A stretch of 64,000 bases of DNA, taken from the NCBI GenBank assembly GCA_910584485.1, contig CAJUAV010000003.1:16426-80425 (forward strand). The letters are read 5' to 3'. This DNA comes from an uncultured Alistipes sp. Its GTDB lineage: Bacteria; Bacteroidota; Bacteroidia; Bacteroidales; Rikenellaceae. The translations under genes and the position numbers were made by a program. Under the pieces are notes generated by a model. The model was not told the DNA's origin and searched no databases. It saw only the letters and a list, made by a program, of their open reading frames with translations. Below, one piece after another: positions 40,891-49,188 of the stretch (the stretch's first letter is position 1; each line of letters starts with the position of its first letter).

Positions 40891-43151
40891 CTCAACTCCA
40901 CGTGCGCCGCGCCGCCCGGGCGGATCGTCTCGCCCGCCGAGGGCGACTGCCGCACCACCGCGCCGCTGCCCGTCACCGTGACGTGCAGCCCGCGGCTTTC
41001 GAGCAGGAAAAGCGCCTCCTTGAGCCCCATTCCGCGCACGTCGGGCATGCGGTCCGCCGCCGCGGAGAGGCTGCGGATCTCGACGTGCGAGGCGCTGTCG
41101 ACCGTCGCCCGCCCCCAGCCGTGCCGCTCCTCGGCGTGCACGCGGGGCGAAAGGCGCCTGGCCACGGTGCGGATCTGCTCCACGTCGCCCCCCTTCATCC
41201 GCTCGGGATAGCGGCGCTCGCCGTCGGAGACGAGGCGCTTCGACCAGTCGTGTTCGCGGGCGTAGAGGTAGTCGACCACCCGTTTCACGACGGGTCCCGC
41301 CAGCGGACCGCCGTAGTAGGCCTTGCCCCCCTGGCGGCGCGTCTGGATCGTCGTGAGCACCGTATAACGGGGGTTGTCGGCGGGGAAATAGACCGCCATC
41401 GACCCCAGGTAGCGCCCCGCGTCGCCCGAAGTGACCTGGGCCGTACCCGTCTTGGCCGCCACGCGCAGCCGCGTCGTATCGCCGAAATAGGCGCTCGCGG
41501 TACCCGTCTTGGCCACCTCCTCCAGACATTCGCGCACGATGCGCAGCGTGCGGTCCGAGCAGATGCGGCTGCGGAGGGTCTGCGTGCGGAAACGCTCCTC
41601 CGTCTCGCCGTTGCGGCGGATCTCGCGCACCAGCACGGGGGCGATCTTCCGCCCGTCGTTGGCGATGGCGTTGTAGAAGGTAATCATCTGCAGCGGAGTC
41701 AGCCGAACACGGTAGCCGTAGGCCATCTTGACGAGCATCACCCCCGGGTCGGGAACCTTCCACTCGCGCGTGATCTGCGGCGCCCGCTCGCCGAGCGCCT
41801 CGAAGCCGACCGACTCGCCGAGCCCCAGCTTGTCGTGCAGAAAGTCGCTGAACTCCTTCTTCTTGCCCGTCACGCCGTAATACTCCCAGATCGCACGGGC
41901 GAAATAGACGTTCGACGACCCCGCCACAGCCCGCTTGAGGGCGATTTCGCGGTCGCCGCGGTGCGAGTCGCGGATGTTCTTCGCGGGACCCACCTGCACG
42001 GGGTCGCCGTTGTTCGTTTCGTAAACGCGCTCGGGCGACATCCCGCAGTCGTCGAGCAGCGCGAGGATCGTCGCCAGCTTGAAGGTCGAACCGGGCTCCA
42101 TCGAGCGGCCGAGGGCGTAGTTCTCGCGTTCGGAAATGGTGCCGTCGGCCGCACGACCGAGGTTGACCATCGCCAGCAGCTCGCCCGTCGCGACCTCCAT
42201 GACGAGCGTCGTCCCCCACTCGGCGTTCTGCCGTTCGAGCTGGCGGCGCAGGGCCCGGTCGGCGACGTCCTGCAGGTTCAGGTCGATCGTCGTCACGACG
42301 TCCGCCCCGTCGATCGCTTCGCGGTGGTCGCCGTCGGCCACGCGGCCCGAGAAGCCGCGGGCGATGCGCTGGCGCGTCGAGAAGCCGTTGCGCCCCGCCA
42401 GCTCCCCGGCATGGAGCATTTCGAGACCGTAGGTGCCGCTCGTGCCGAGGCGGCCGATCGTGCGGCGCGCCAGATCGCCCTGCGGGTAGATGCGGCGGTC
42501 GTACTCGGCCAGCGTATAGGTCATGCCCATGTTGTAGTTCAGGATCGGATAGCGGCGCAGCGTCTCCCACTCGGCATAGTCCACCTCGCGCGGGAAGAGG
42601 CGCATCGGGCGGTGGCTGCGGATCGTGTCGCGCACCTTTTCGGTCACCTTCGCCCGCCCCATCAGCAAATCGACGAGCAGCGGGAAGATCCCCTCGTCGC
42701 GGTAGTAAGCCGTGTCGCGCGGCTCGGAGAGGCGGTAGGACCAGCGCCCCGCGTTGCGGCGGCGGCGCAGCTCGTCGCGGTACTGCGCCGCGGTGCGGTC
42801 GCCGAAATAGGTCGAGAGAAGCCGCGCGAGCGAATCGCTGTGGCGGAGAAAGGCGAGCGAATCGGCGAATCCCTCCGAGCTGAAATCGAACAGCGGCTGG
42901 TAGCGGAAGAGCGAAATGGCCAGCGGCTCGCCGTCGCGCGCCAGGATGGAGCCGCGCTGGGCGTAGACCGTGTCGACGCGGAAGATGCGCTGCGAGAGGC
43001 GTTCGGCATTGATGCGCGTTTCGCGGCAGCCGAACTGCACGTAGAGCAGCCGCACGAGGATCACCGCCACCAGCACGATGAAGAAGAGGTAGAGCGCCTT
43101 GACGCGGAAGAGGATGTCGCTCTTGATTTCGGAGGGTTCTTGCGGACGCAT
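40878..43151 (-). CDS. ftsI: Class B penicillin-binding protein (FtsI/PBP3) with C-terminal PASTA domain
   Basis: EPGSTFK (SxxK), SSN, KTGTAQ; PASTA MPDVRGMGLKEA. Ends VELRMKN*. Confidence 0.9.
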   Translation of the reverse strand: MRPQEPSEIKSDILFRVKALYLFFIVLVAVILVRLLYVQFGCRETRINAERLSQRIFRVDTVYAQRGSILARDGEPLAISLFRYQPLFDFSSEGFADSLAFLRHSDSLARLLSTYFGDRTAAQYRDELRRRRNAGRWSYRLSEPRDTAYYRDEGIFPLLVDLLMGRAKVTEKVRDTIRSHRPMRLFPREVDYAEWETLRRYPILNYNMGMTYTLAEYDRRIYPQGDLARRTIGRLGTSGTYGLEMLHAGELAGRNGFSTRQRIARGFSGRVADGDHREAIDGADVVTTIDLNLQDVADRALRRQLERQNAEWGTTLVMEVATGELLAMVNLGRAADGTISERENYALGRSMEPGSTFKLATILALLDDCGMSPERVYETNNGDPVQVGPAKNIRDSHRGDREIALKRAVAGSSNVYFARAIWEYYGVTGKKKEFSDFLHDKLGLGESVGFEALGERAPQITREWKVPDPGVMLVKMAYGYRVRLTPLQMITFYNAIANDGRKIAPVLVREIRRNGETEERFRTQTLRSRICSDRTLRIVRECLEEVAKTGTASAYFGDTTRLRVAAKTGTAQVTSGDAGRYLGSMAVYFPADNPRYTVLTTIQTRRQGGKAYYGGPLAGPVVKRVVDYLYAREHDWSKRLVSDGERRYPERMKGGDVEQIRTVARRLSPRVHAEERHGWGRATVDSASHVEIRSLSAAADRMPDVRGMGLKEALFLLESRGLHVTVTGSGAVVRQSPSAGETIRPGGAAHVELRMKN

Positions 43152-43157
43152 GGCGGG

Positions 43158-43679
43158 TTACTCTTCGATGATTTCGACGGGCGCCGCGGGATCGGCGAGC
43201 GGGATGCCCCGCCGCTCCAGCTCGCGGACGACGGCCGAGTGGGTGGTGATCGAGTAGCGCCGCTCCTCGAGCCGGATCGACCGCTCGCGGAGCTTCTGCA
43301 CCTCGCGTTCGAGGCGCGAATAGCGGCTGTCGAGGTGCAGCGACCAGAAGAGCACCACGATGTTCAGAAAGAAGAGGGCGGCGAAGGTGAAGAGGTAGGG
43401 ATAGTATCGCGTCGCCTGCTCGCCGACCAGGATCGTGCCCGAGACGAGGCGGAAGAGCGGATTCGACCGACGGCGCTCCTCGCGGGCACGACGCTCCTCC
43501 GTGGCGCGCGCCGCCTCGGCTTCGGCCTCCGCATCGGCCCGCAGATCCTCGTCGGCCTCGCCGCTCTGCACACGCAGCACCTCGCGCCGCACACGACGGG
43601 CGAAATGCGCCTCGGCTGCGCGGCGGGCCTCCTCTTCGGCCCGCTCGGGGTGAAAGTCCAAATCCGTCTCGGGGATCAT
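43158..43679 (-). CDS. ftsL: FtsL-like cell division protein
   Basis: Start MIPETD at 43679; single TM plus coiled coil; lies between rsmH and ftsI. The upstream ORF extension runs into a repeat element. Confidence 0.75.
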   Translation of the reverse strand: MIPETDLDFHPERAEEEARRAAEAHFARRVRREVLRVQSGEADEDLRADAEAEAEAARATEERRAREERRRSNPLFRLVSGTILVGEQATRYYPYLFTFAALFFLNIVVLFWSLHLDSRYSRLEREVQKLRERSIRLEERRYSITTHSAVVRELERRGIPLADPAAPVEIIEE

Positions 43680-43715
43680 GCCGTATCTTCGTTTTTTTAG
43701 CGGTTTCGGTTCGGG

Positions 43716-44275
43716 GCGCGGCCTGCCGCGCGCAGGTTTCGGGCGAGCGAGGTCGGGCAGCAGCTTGCGAAGGGGCGCGACGTTTACGAAGCGGGCCTTC
43801 GCAGGGGCGAAGCTGCGGCCCGCCGATGGCTGCGCCATCGAACCGTGCGGGGTGCGATGACGTACGACACCGCGCTGTCGCACGCATGTTCGTTCGGGGC
43901 GAAGCCTGCGGAGGAACGCGGCATGCGGGCCTCCGCCCGCGGAGGCTTCGGCCCGCCGATCCCTTACGGGATCGAACCGGACGAGATGCGGCGACGATCG
44001 AACGCCTGCCGAGGCTCCTCCGACGCAAAACCCCGTTCCTAACGGGGCGGCCCGCCGATCCCTCGCGGGATCGAACCGGACAAGATGCGGCGACGATCGA
44101 CACCCCGCCGCACTTGCGTGCGATGTCCGTGCTGCCCGCAGCCGAGCGGAGGCGCATCGAGCCCGTCGGCGAGTTGCAGCCCTCCGCCGGGGGGCGGCTG
44201 CGGGCTGCCGATTCCTTGCGGAATCCCCCGCCCCTCCGATTTTTAATTTTTAATTTTTAATTTTCAATTTTTCAC
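43716..44275. repeat. Mosaic intergenic element E8 (rsmH-ftsL gap; 99-bp module; heptamer array 44239-44275)
   Basis: Pairs 1, 2 and 3 plus the cgatccc..gggatcgaaccggacgagatgcgg module. Confidence 0.9.
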
Positions 44276-45195
44276 TCCTCGTCGTCCCCGCGCTTCACCG
44301 CCGCCCGCAGCTTCGCCGAACGCGAGCGCGGGTTGCGTGCCAGTTCCTCGGCCGAAGGGGTCACGGCCTTGCGCGTCACCACCTCGAAAGGGGTCTGCCG
44401 TCGGCCGTACAGGTCGCTCTCGACCCGTCCGTCGAAGTTGCCGCTGCGCAGGAAATTCTTCACCAGCCGGTCCTCGAGCGAGTGATAGGCGATCACCACC
44501 AGCCGTCCCCCCGGGCGCAGCACCTTGAGGCTCTGTTCGAGGGCCATCTTGAGCGCCTCCATCTCGCCGTTCACCTCGATGCGCAGCGCCTGGAAGAGCT
44601 TCGTGAGGAATTTCGCCTCCTCCTTGCGCGGGGTGCAGGGCGCGACCGCCGCCACGAGTTCGGCCGTGGTGCGGATCGGCGCCGCGGCGCGCGCCCGTTC
44701 GATGCAGGAGGCGATTTTCCACGGCGTCTCCAGCTCGCCCCAGTCGCCCAGGATGCGCGTGAGCTCCGCCGCCGGCCACTCGTTCACGATGTCGGCCGCC
44801 GTGAGGCGTCCGCGGCGGTTCATACGCATGTCGAGCGGCGCCTCGCCGCGGAACGAGAAGCCCCGCTCGGTGGCGTCGAAATGGTGCGACGAGACCCCGA
44901 GGTCGGCCAGAATGCCGTCCACAGCCTCCACGCTGCGCCAGCGCAGCGCCCCGCGCAGAAAACGGAAATTGCTCGCCACGTAGCGGAACCGCGGATCGTC
45001 GGGCACGTTGGCCAGCGTGTCGCTGTCCTGGTCGAAGGCGTAGAGCCGCCCCCGCTCGCCCAGCTTTTCGAGGATGCGGCGCGAATGTCCGCCGCCGCCG
45101 AAGGTCAGGTCGGCATAGGTTCCCGCAGGGTCGATACCGAGCAGATCGACAGCGGGTTCCAGCAGGACGGGTATGTGGTAGGAGGTTCGTTCCAT
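44272..45195 (-). CDS. rsmH: 16S rRNA m4C1402 methyltransferase
   Basis: HIPVLL, DLTFGGGGHS, DLGVSSHHFD, FQALRIEVN, NPRSRSAKLR. Confidence 0.95.
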   Translation of the reverse strand: MERTSYHIPVLLEPAVDLLGIDPAGTYADLTFGGGGHSRRILEKLGERGRLYAFDQDSDTLANVPDDPRFRYVASNFRFLRGALRWRSVEAVDGILADLGVSSHHFDATERGFSFRGEAPLDMRMNRRGRLTAADIVNEWPAAELTRILGDWGELETPWKIASCIERARAAAPIRTTAELVAAVAPCTPRKEEAKFLTKLFQALRIEVNGEMEALKMALEQSLKVLRPGGRLVVIAYHSLEDRLVKNFLRSGNFDGRVESDLYGRRQTPFEVVTRKAVTPSAEELARNPRSRSAKLRAAVKRGDDEE

Positions 45196-45229
45196 CGCGC
45201 AAAGGTTCGACCGGAGGTCGATTTGGGTG

Positions 45230-45268
45230 TAAAGTTAGGGATTTTTCGAAAAAGAATACCTATATTTG
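45230..45268. promoter_or_regulatory. Divergent promoter pair: TAACTTTA (minus, rsmH/dcw) and TATATTTG (plus, acyltransferase)
   Basis: 45230-45237 (one mismatch) and 45261-45268 (exact) in an AT-rich gap. Confidence 0.6.
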
Positions 45269-45337
45269 TCCATATAATTTTCCGTGCGCACAGCCCCGCG
45301 GCGACCCGCGCGGAACGACCCGAAAACCCGAACCGCC

Positions 45338-46180
45338 ATGCCCGAAATCGATGTCGCCCTCGTTCTGCGCCAGAAGGCGCCCCGCCTCGCCCGCTGGATG
45401 CCGCGTTTCGCCATCGAATGGCTGCGCCGCACGATCCACGAAAAAGAGCTCAACCATATTTTCGCCTCCTGCTGGCACCTGGCTCCCCGGCCCTTCATCC
45501 GCGCCTGCTTCCGCGAGTGGCAGGTGAGCTACTCGATCGAGGGGCTCGACGCGCTCGACCCCGCAGGCCGCTACCTCTTCGTCGCCAACCACCCCTTCGG
45601 GGGCATGGACGGCATGATGCTGGCCGACAAGCTGATCGAACATTTCGGCGACGTGCGCGTCGTCGTGAACGACATCCTGCGCCACGTCACCCCGCTCGAA
45701 CCCCTCTGGGTGCCCGTCAACAAACACGGCGCCCAGTCGCTCGCCTACGCCCGCCGCTTCGAGGAGGCCTTCTCGGGCCCGCTGCCCGTGCTGACCTTCC
45801 CCGCGGGGCTCTGCTCGCGCAAGATCGACGGACGCGTGACCGACACCGAGTGGCGCCCGAGCTTCCTGAAGAAGGCCGCCGCATCGAACCGCCGTATCGT
45901 ACCGATCTTCGTCGAAGGGCGCCTGTCGAACTTCTTCTACAACCTGAGCCGGCTGCGCAAGGCCCTCGGCATCCGCGCCAACATCGAAATGCTGTGGCTG
46001 CCCGACGAAATGTTCCGTCAGAAGGGGTGCCACTTCCGCATGCGCGTCGGCCGGCCGATCGACCTCGAAGAGCTGCAATCCTTCGACACAGTGCGCGCAC
46101 GCATCGAGGAGGTGCGCCGCCGCTGCTACGCCCTCGAAAAAGAGCTCGCACCGTGCGGCGGAACGGAAGAAAAAGCCTAA
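45338..46180 (+). CDS. LPLAT-family O-acyltransferase (GlsA-like, glycine lipid synthesis)
   Basis: Start MPEIDV at 45338; NHPFGGMD (HX4D) and FPAGLCSR motifs; adjacent to the GlsB-like gene. Confidence 0.75.
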   Translation: MPEIDVALVLRQKAPRLARWMPRFAIEWLRRTIHEKELNHIFASCWHLAPRPFIRACFREWQVSYSIEGLDALDPAGRYLFVANHPFGGMDGMMLADKLIEHFGDVRVVVNDILRHVTPLEPLWVPVNKHGAQSLAYARRFEEAFSGPLPVLTFPAGLCSRKIDGRVTDTEWRPSFLKKAAASNRRIVPIFVEGRLSNFFYNLSRLRKALGIRANIEMLWLPDEMFRQKGCHFRMRVGRPIDLEELQSFDTVRARIEEVRRRCYALEKELAPCGGTEEKA

Positions 46181-46185
46181 CTTTG
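46178..46185 (+). promoter_or_regulatory. Possible internal -7 element (TAACTTTG) overlapping the acyltransferase stop, ahead of the GlsB-like gene
   Basis: Exact consensus 24 nt before ATG 46210. Confidence 0.45.
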
Positions 46186-46209
46186 TTCCCTCAACGACTC
46201 ACTCTTCGC

Positions 46210-47211
46210 ATGGAACCGATCATTCCGCCCGTCGACAGGGCGCTGCTGACAGCCGAACTCACCCCCGCCCGCAAGGTGCGCGACACGAACCGCGCAGGCA
46301 ACGAAATCTACATCTTCGATGCGCACGAATGCCCCGCGCTGATGCGCGAGGTGGGACGTCTGCGCGAAGAGGCGTTCCGCGGCGCGGGCGGCGGCACGGG
46401 CAAGGCCCTCGACATCGACGAAGAGGATCTGGCCGACGACGGCTACTACCAGCTCATCGTCTGGGACCCCGCGGCGCAGCAGATCGTCGGCGGTTACCGC
46501 TTCATCGTCTGCACCGACCCCTATCCGCGCCACCTCTCGACCGAGCACTATTTCCGCTTCAGCGACCGCTTCCGCCGCCGCTACCTCTCGCGGTCGATCG
46601 AGCTGGGGCGCTCGTTCGTGCAGCCCGCCTATCAGGCGCGCGGCAACAGCAAGAGCATCTACGCCCTCGACAACCTCTGGGACGGCCTCGGGGCGATCAT
46701 CGTGCTGAACCCCAAGGTCAAATACCTCTTCGGCAAGGTGACGATGTACACCACCTACCAGCAGGTGGCGCGCAACGCCCTCATCTGGTTCCTGCGCCGC
46801 TACTTCCCCGACCGCGAACGGCTGGTCGAGGGCATCCGACCCTTGCAGCTCGACCTCGACGACCCCTACTACGAAGAGCTCTTCTCGGGGGCCGATTTCA
46901 AGGAGAACTACCGCATCCTCATCCAGAAGATCCGCGAACTGAACGAAAACATCCCCCCGCTCATCAACGCCTACATGAACCTCTCACCCACGATGAAGGT
47001 CTTCGACACGGTGTCGAATCCCGATTTCGGCGGGGTCGAGGAGACGGGCATCCTGGTCACGGTGCCCGACATCTACCCCGACAAGCGGCAGCGCTACATG
47101 CGCTGGAAGGGGTGGCGGCAGAACCTGCGCGCCCGCCGCGAAGCCTTCCGCATCGCCTGGATCGACCACATGGAGCGGATCAAGCGCAAGCGGCAGGAGG
47201 GGAAAAGCTGA
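46210..47211 (+). CDS. OlsB/GlsB-like GNAT N-acyltransferase ('hemolysin' family)
   Basis: Start MEPIIPPV at 46210; EVGRLREEAFRGAGGGTGK, IVGGYR, IELGRSFV, IPPLINAY. Confidence 0.8.
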   Translation: MEPIIPPVDRALLTAELTPARKVRDTNRAGNEIYIFDAHECPALMREVGRLREEAFRGAGGGTGKALDIDEEDLADDGYYQLIVWDPAAQQIVGGYRFIVCTDPYPRHLSTEHYFRFSDRFRRRYLSRSIELGRSFVQPAYQARGNSKSIYALDNLWDGLGAIIVLNPKVKYLFGKVTMYTTYQQVARNALIWFLRRYFPDRERLVEGIRPLQLDLDDPYYEELFSGADFKENYRILIQKIRELNENIPPLINAYMNLSPTMKVFDTVSNPDFGGVEETGILVTVPDIYPDKRQRYMRWKGWRQNLRARREAFRIAWIDHMERIKRKRQEGKS

Positions 47212-47282
47212 AAAGGGGCGGGATCCGGCCCCACACAGCCGCCCCGTCAGGAACGGGGGGGGGTGCGGCGGAGACACCTCTT

Positions 47283-47946
47283 CGGCTGCCGCTGCATATC
47301 CTCCGAGTCGACCTCGCAGAGGTCGGCAGCCCGCAGCCGCCCCCCGGCGGAGGGCTGCAACTCGCCGACAGGCTCGTGCCACCTCCGCTCGGCTGCGGGG
47401 CAGTTGCGATATTTCGATCCCGCGAGGGATCGGCGGGCCCCCGTTAAGAACGGGGTTTTACGCCGGAGGAGCCTCGGCAGGCGTTCGATCGTCGCCGCAT
47501 CTCGTCCGGTTCGATCCCGTGAGGGATCGGCGGGCCGCCCCGTTAGGAACGGGGTTTTACGCCGGAGGAGCCTCGGCGGGCGTTCGATCGTCACCGCATC
47601 TCGTCCGGTTCGATCCCGTGAGGGATCGGCGGGCCGAAGCCTCCCGCAGCGGAGGCCCGCATCGGTCGATACGGGCGCTCCGCAGGCTTCGTCCCGAAAG
47701 AACATGTGCACGACAGCGCGGCGGCCAGCAGTTTTGGCAAACGTGCGTGCACTCTGCAGGCTTCGACCCGAGCGAACATGCGCGCAACAGCGCGGCAGGG
47801 GAGTGTCGTACGTCATCGCCCACCGCACGGCTCGATGGCACAGCCATCGGCGGGCCGAAGCCTCCGCGGGCGGAGGCCCGCATGCCGCGTCCCTTCGCAA
47901 GCCGCTGCCCGATCTCGCTCGGCCTGAAACCCGCGCAGCAGGTCGC
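47283..47946. repeat. Mosaic intergenic element E9 (reverse orientation; inverted near-copy of E8; ~2.3 tandem copies of a 97-99 bp unit at 47414-47636)
   Basis: Units start at 47414, 47511 and 47610 (tcgatcccgygagggatcggcgggcc). Confidence 0.9.
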
Positions 47947-47981
47947 TCTTTCGAAAAATTATCGAAAATCAATAAATATTA

Positions 47982-48012
47982 TTTGAATTTCGGCCTCTGT
48001 TCACTATCTTTG
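47982..48012 (+). promoter_or_regulatory. Bacteroidota primary-sigma promoter (-33 TTTG / -7 TATCTTTG) for the ABC transporter
   Basis: TTTG 47982-47985, 19-nt spacer, TATCTTTG 48005-48012; ATG 31 nt downstream. Confidence 0.75.
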
Positions 48013-48043
48013 CAGCGTCAGTCATCTTTAACAGATCTACACC

Positions 48044-48964
48044 ATGAGTTTACTTACCGTAGAGCACGTCTCGAAGCACTACGCCGGCCACACGGCCCTC
48101 GACGACGTCTCGCTGGCCATCCCGAAAGGGGCGGTCTATGGGTTGCTGGGGCCGAACGGCGCCGGCAAGACGACCCTCATCCGCATCATCAACCGCATCA
48201 CGGCGCCCGACGCGGGCCGCGTGCTCTTCGGCGATCGCGCACTGGCCCCCGAAGATGTCCGCCGCATCGGCTACCTGCCCGAGGAGCGCGGTCTTTATAA
48301 AAAGATGAAGGTCGGCGAGCAGGCCCTCTTCTTCGCCCGTCTGAAGGGGCTCTCGCGCCGCGACGCCGCGATGCGTCTCAAAACGTGGTTCGAGAAGTTC
48401 GGCATCCAGAACTGGTGGGACAAGAAGGTCGAGGAGCTCTCGAAGGGCATGGCGCAGAAGGTTCAGTTCATCGTCACGGTGCTGCACGAACCCGAGCTGC
48501 TGATCTTCGACGAACCCTTCTCGGGCTTCGACCCGATCAACGCCAACCTCCTGAAGGAGGAGATTCTGGCGCTGCGCGACAAGGGGTCGACGATCATCTT
48601 CTCGACCCACAACATGTCCTCCGTCGAGGAGCTCTGCGACCACATCACCCTCATCAACAAGTCGAAAAACATCCTCTCGGGCAACGTCGAGGAGATCCGC
48701 CGCCGCCACGGCGCCAACATCTTCGAGGTCGACTACCGCGGCGACGAAGAGGCGTTGCGCACGCTGCTCGGCACCCGTTGCGAGGTACTCGAGAGTGCCC
48801 CCTCCGTCACGGGTTTCCACCACCTCAAACTCCATGTCGAACGCGACGAGGAGGTCCGCGGCGTCATCGCGGCCGTCAACGAGGCGGTCGAGCTGCGCTC
48901 GTTCCGCGAGGTGATCCCCTCGATGAACGATATCTTCATCCGCGCCGTCAACGGAACCCTTTGA
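48044..48964 (+). CDS. ABC-2 type transporter ATP-binding protein (NatA/YhaQ-like)
   Basis: Walker A GPNGAGKT, signature LSKGMAQK, Walker B LLIFDEP. Confidence 0.92.
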   Translation: MSLLTVEHVSKHYAGHTALDDVSLAIPKGAVYGLLGPNGAGKTTLIRIINRITAPDAGRVLFGDRALAPEDVRRIGYLPEERGLYKKMKVGEQALFFARLKGLSRRDAAMRLKTWFEKFGIQNWWDKKVEELSKGMAQKVQFIVTVLHEPELLIFDEPFSGFDPINANLLKEEILALRDKGSTIIFSTHNMSSVEELCDHITLINKSKNILSGNVEEIRRRHGANIFEVDYRGDEEALRTLLGTRCEVLESAPSVTGFHHLKLHVERDEEVRGVIAAVNEAVELRSFREVIPSMNDIFIRAVNGTL

Positions 48965-48975
48965 TCCGCACCAAC

Positions 48976-49170
48976 ATGAAACCGGCTCAACTGCGCAAGA
49001 CGGAATCCGCCGCTGCCGCACTCATCGGCATCGGCCTCTTCAACCTGATCCACGCCCTGCACGCCGACCAGCCGATCGCGCTCGGCATCTGCCTGCTCTG
49101 CATCGGCGCCGTCCTCTTCGGAAAGGCACGGCGGAAAGGGGCGGAAAGCGACGAACAACCAACCCGATAA
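48976..49170 (+). CDS. Small 64-aa two-TM membrane protein
   Basis: ATG 11 bp after the ATPase stop; two hydrophobic helices followed by a basic tail; fills the gap exactly. Confidence 0.6.
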   Translation: MKPAQLRKTESAAAALIGIGLFNLIHALHADQPIALGICLLCIGAVLFGKARRKGAESDEQPTR

Positions 49171-49188
49171 CCCGCAAAACATCCTGTC

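Noticed and set aside
44482..47211. 909-aa ORF suggesting an acyltransferase-GNAT fusion
   Set aside because: The acyltransferase is in another frame with its own stop at 46180; the GNAT begins at 46210.
47414..47636. Possible CRISPR or guide-RNA array
   Set aside because: Whole units repeat with no unique spacers, key-lock spacers recur between elements, and no cas or other effector gene is in the window.
43716..47946. Composite transposon bounded by inverted repeats
   Set aside because: The cargo is housekeeping genes in the expected neighbourhood; no transposase or target duplication is visible.
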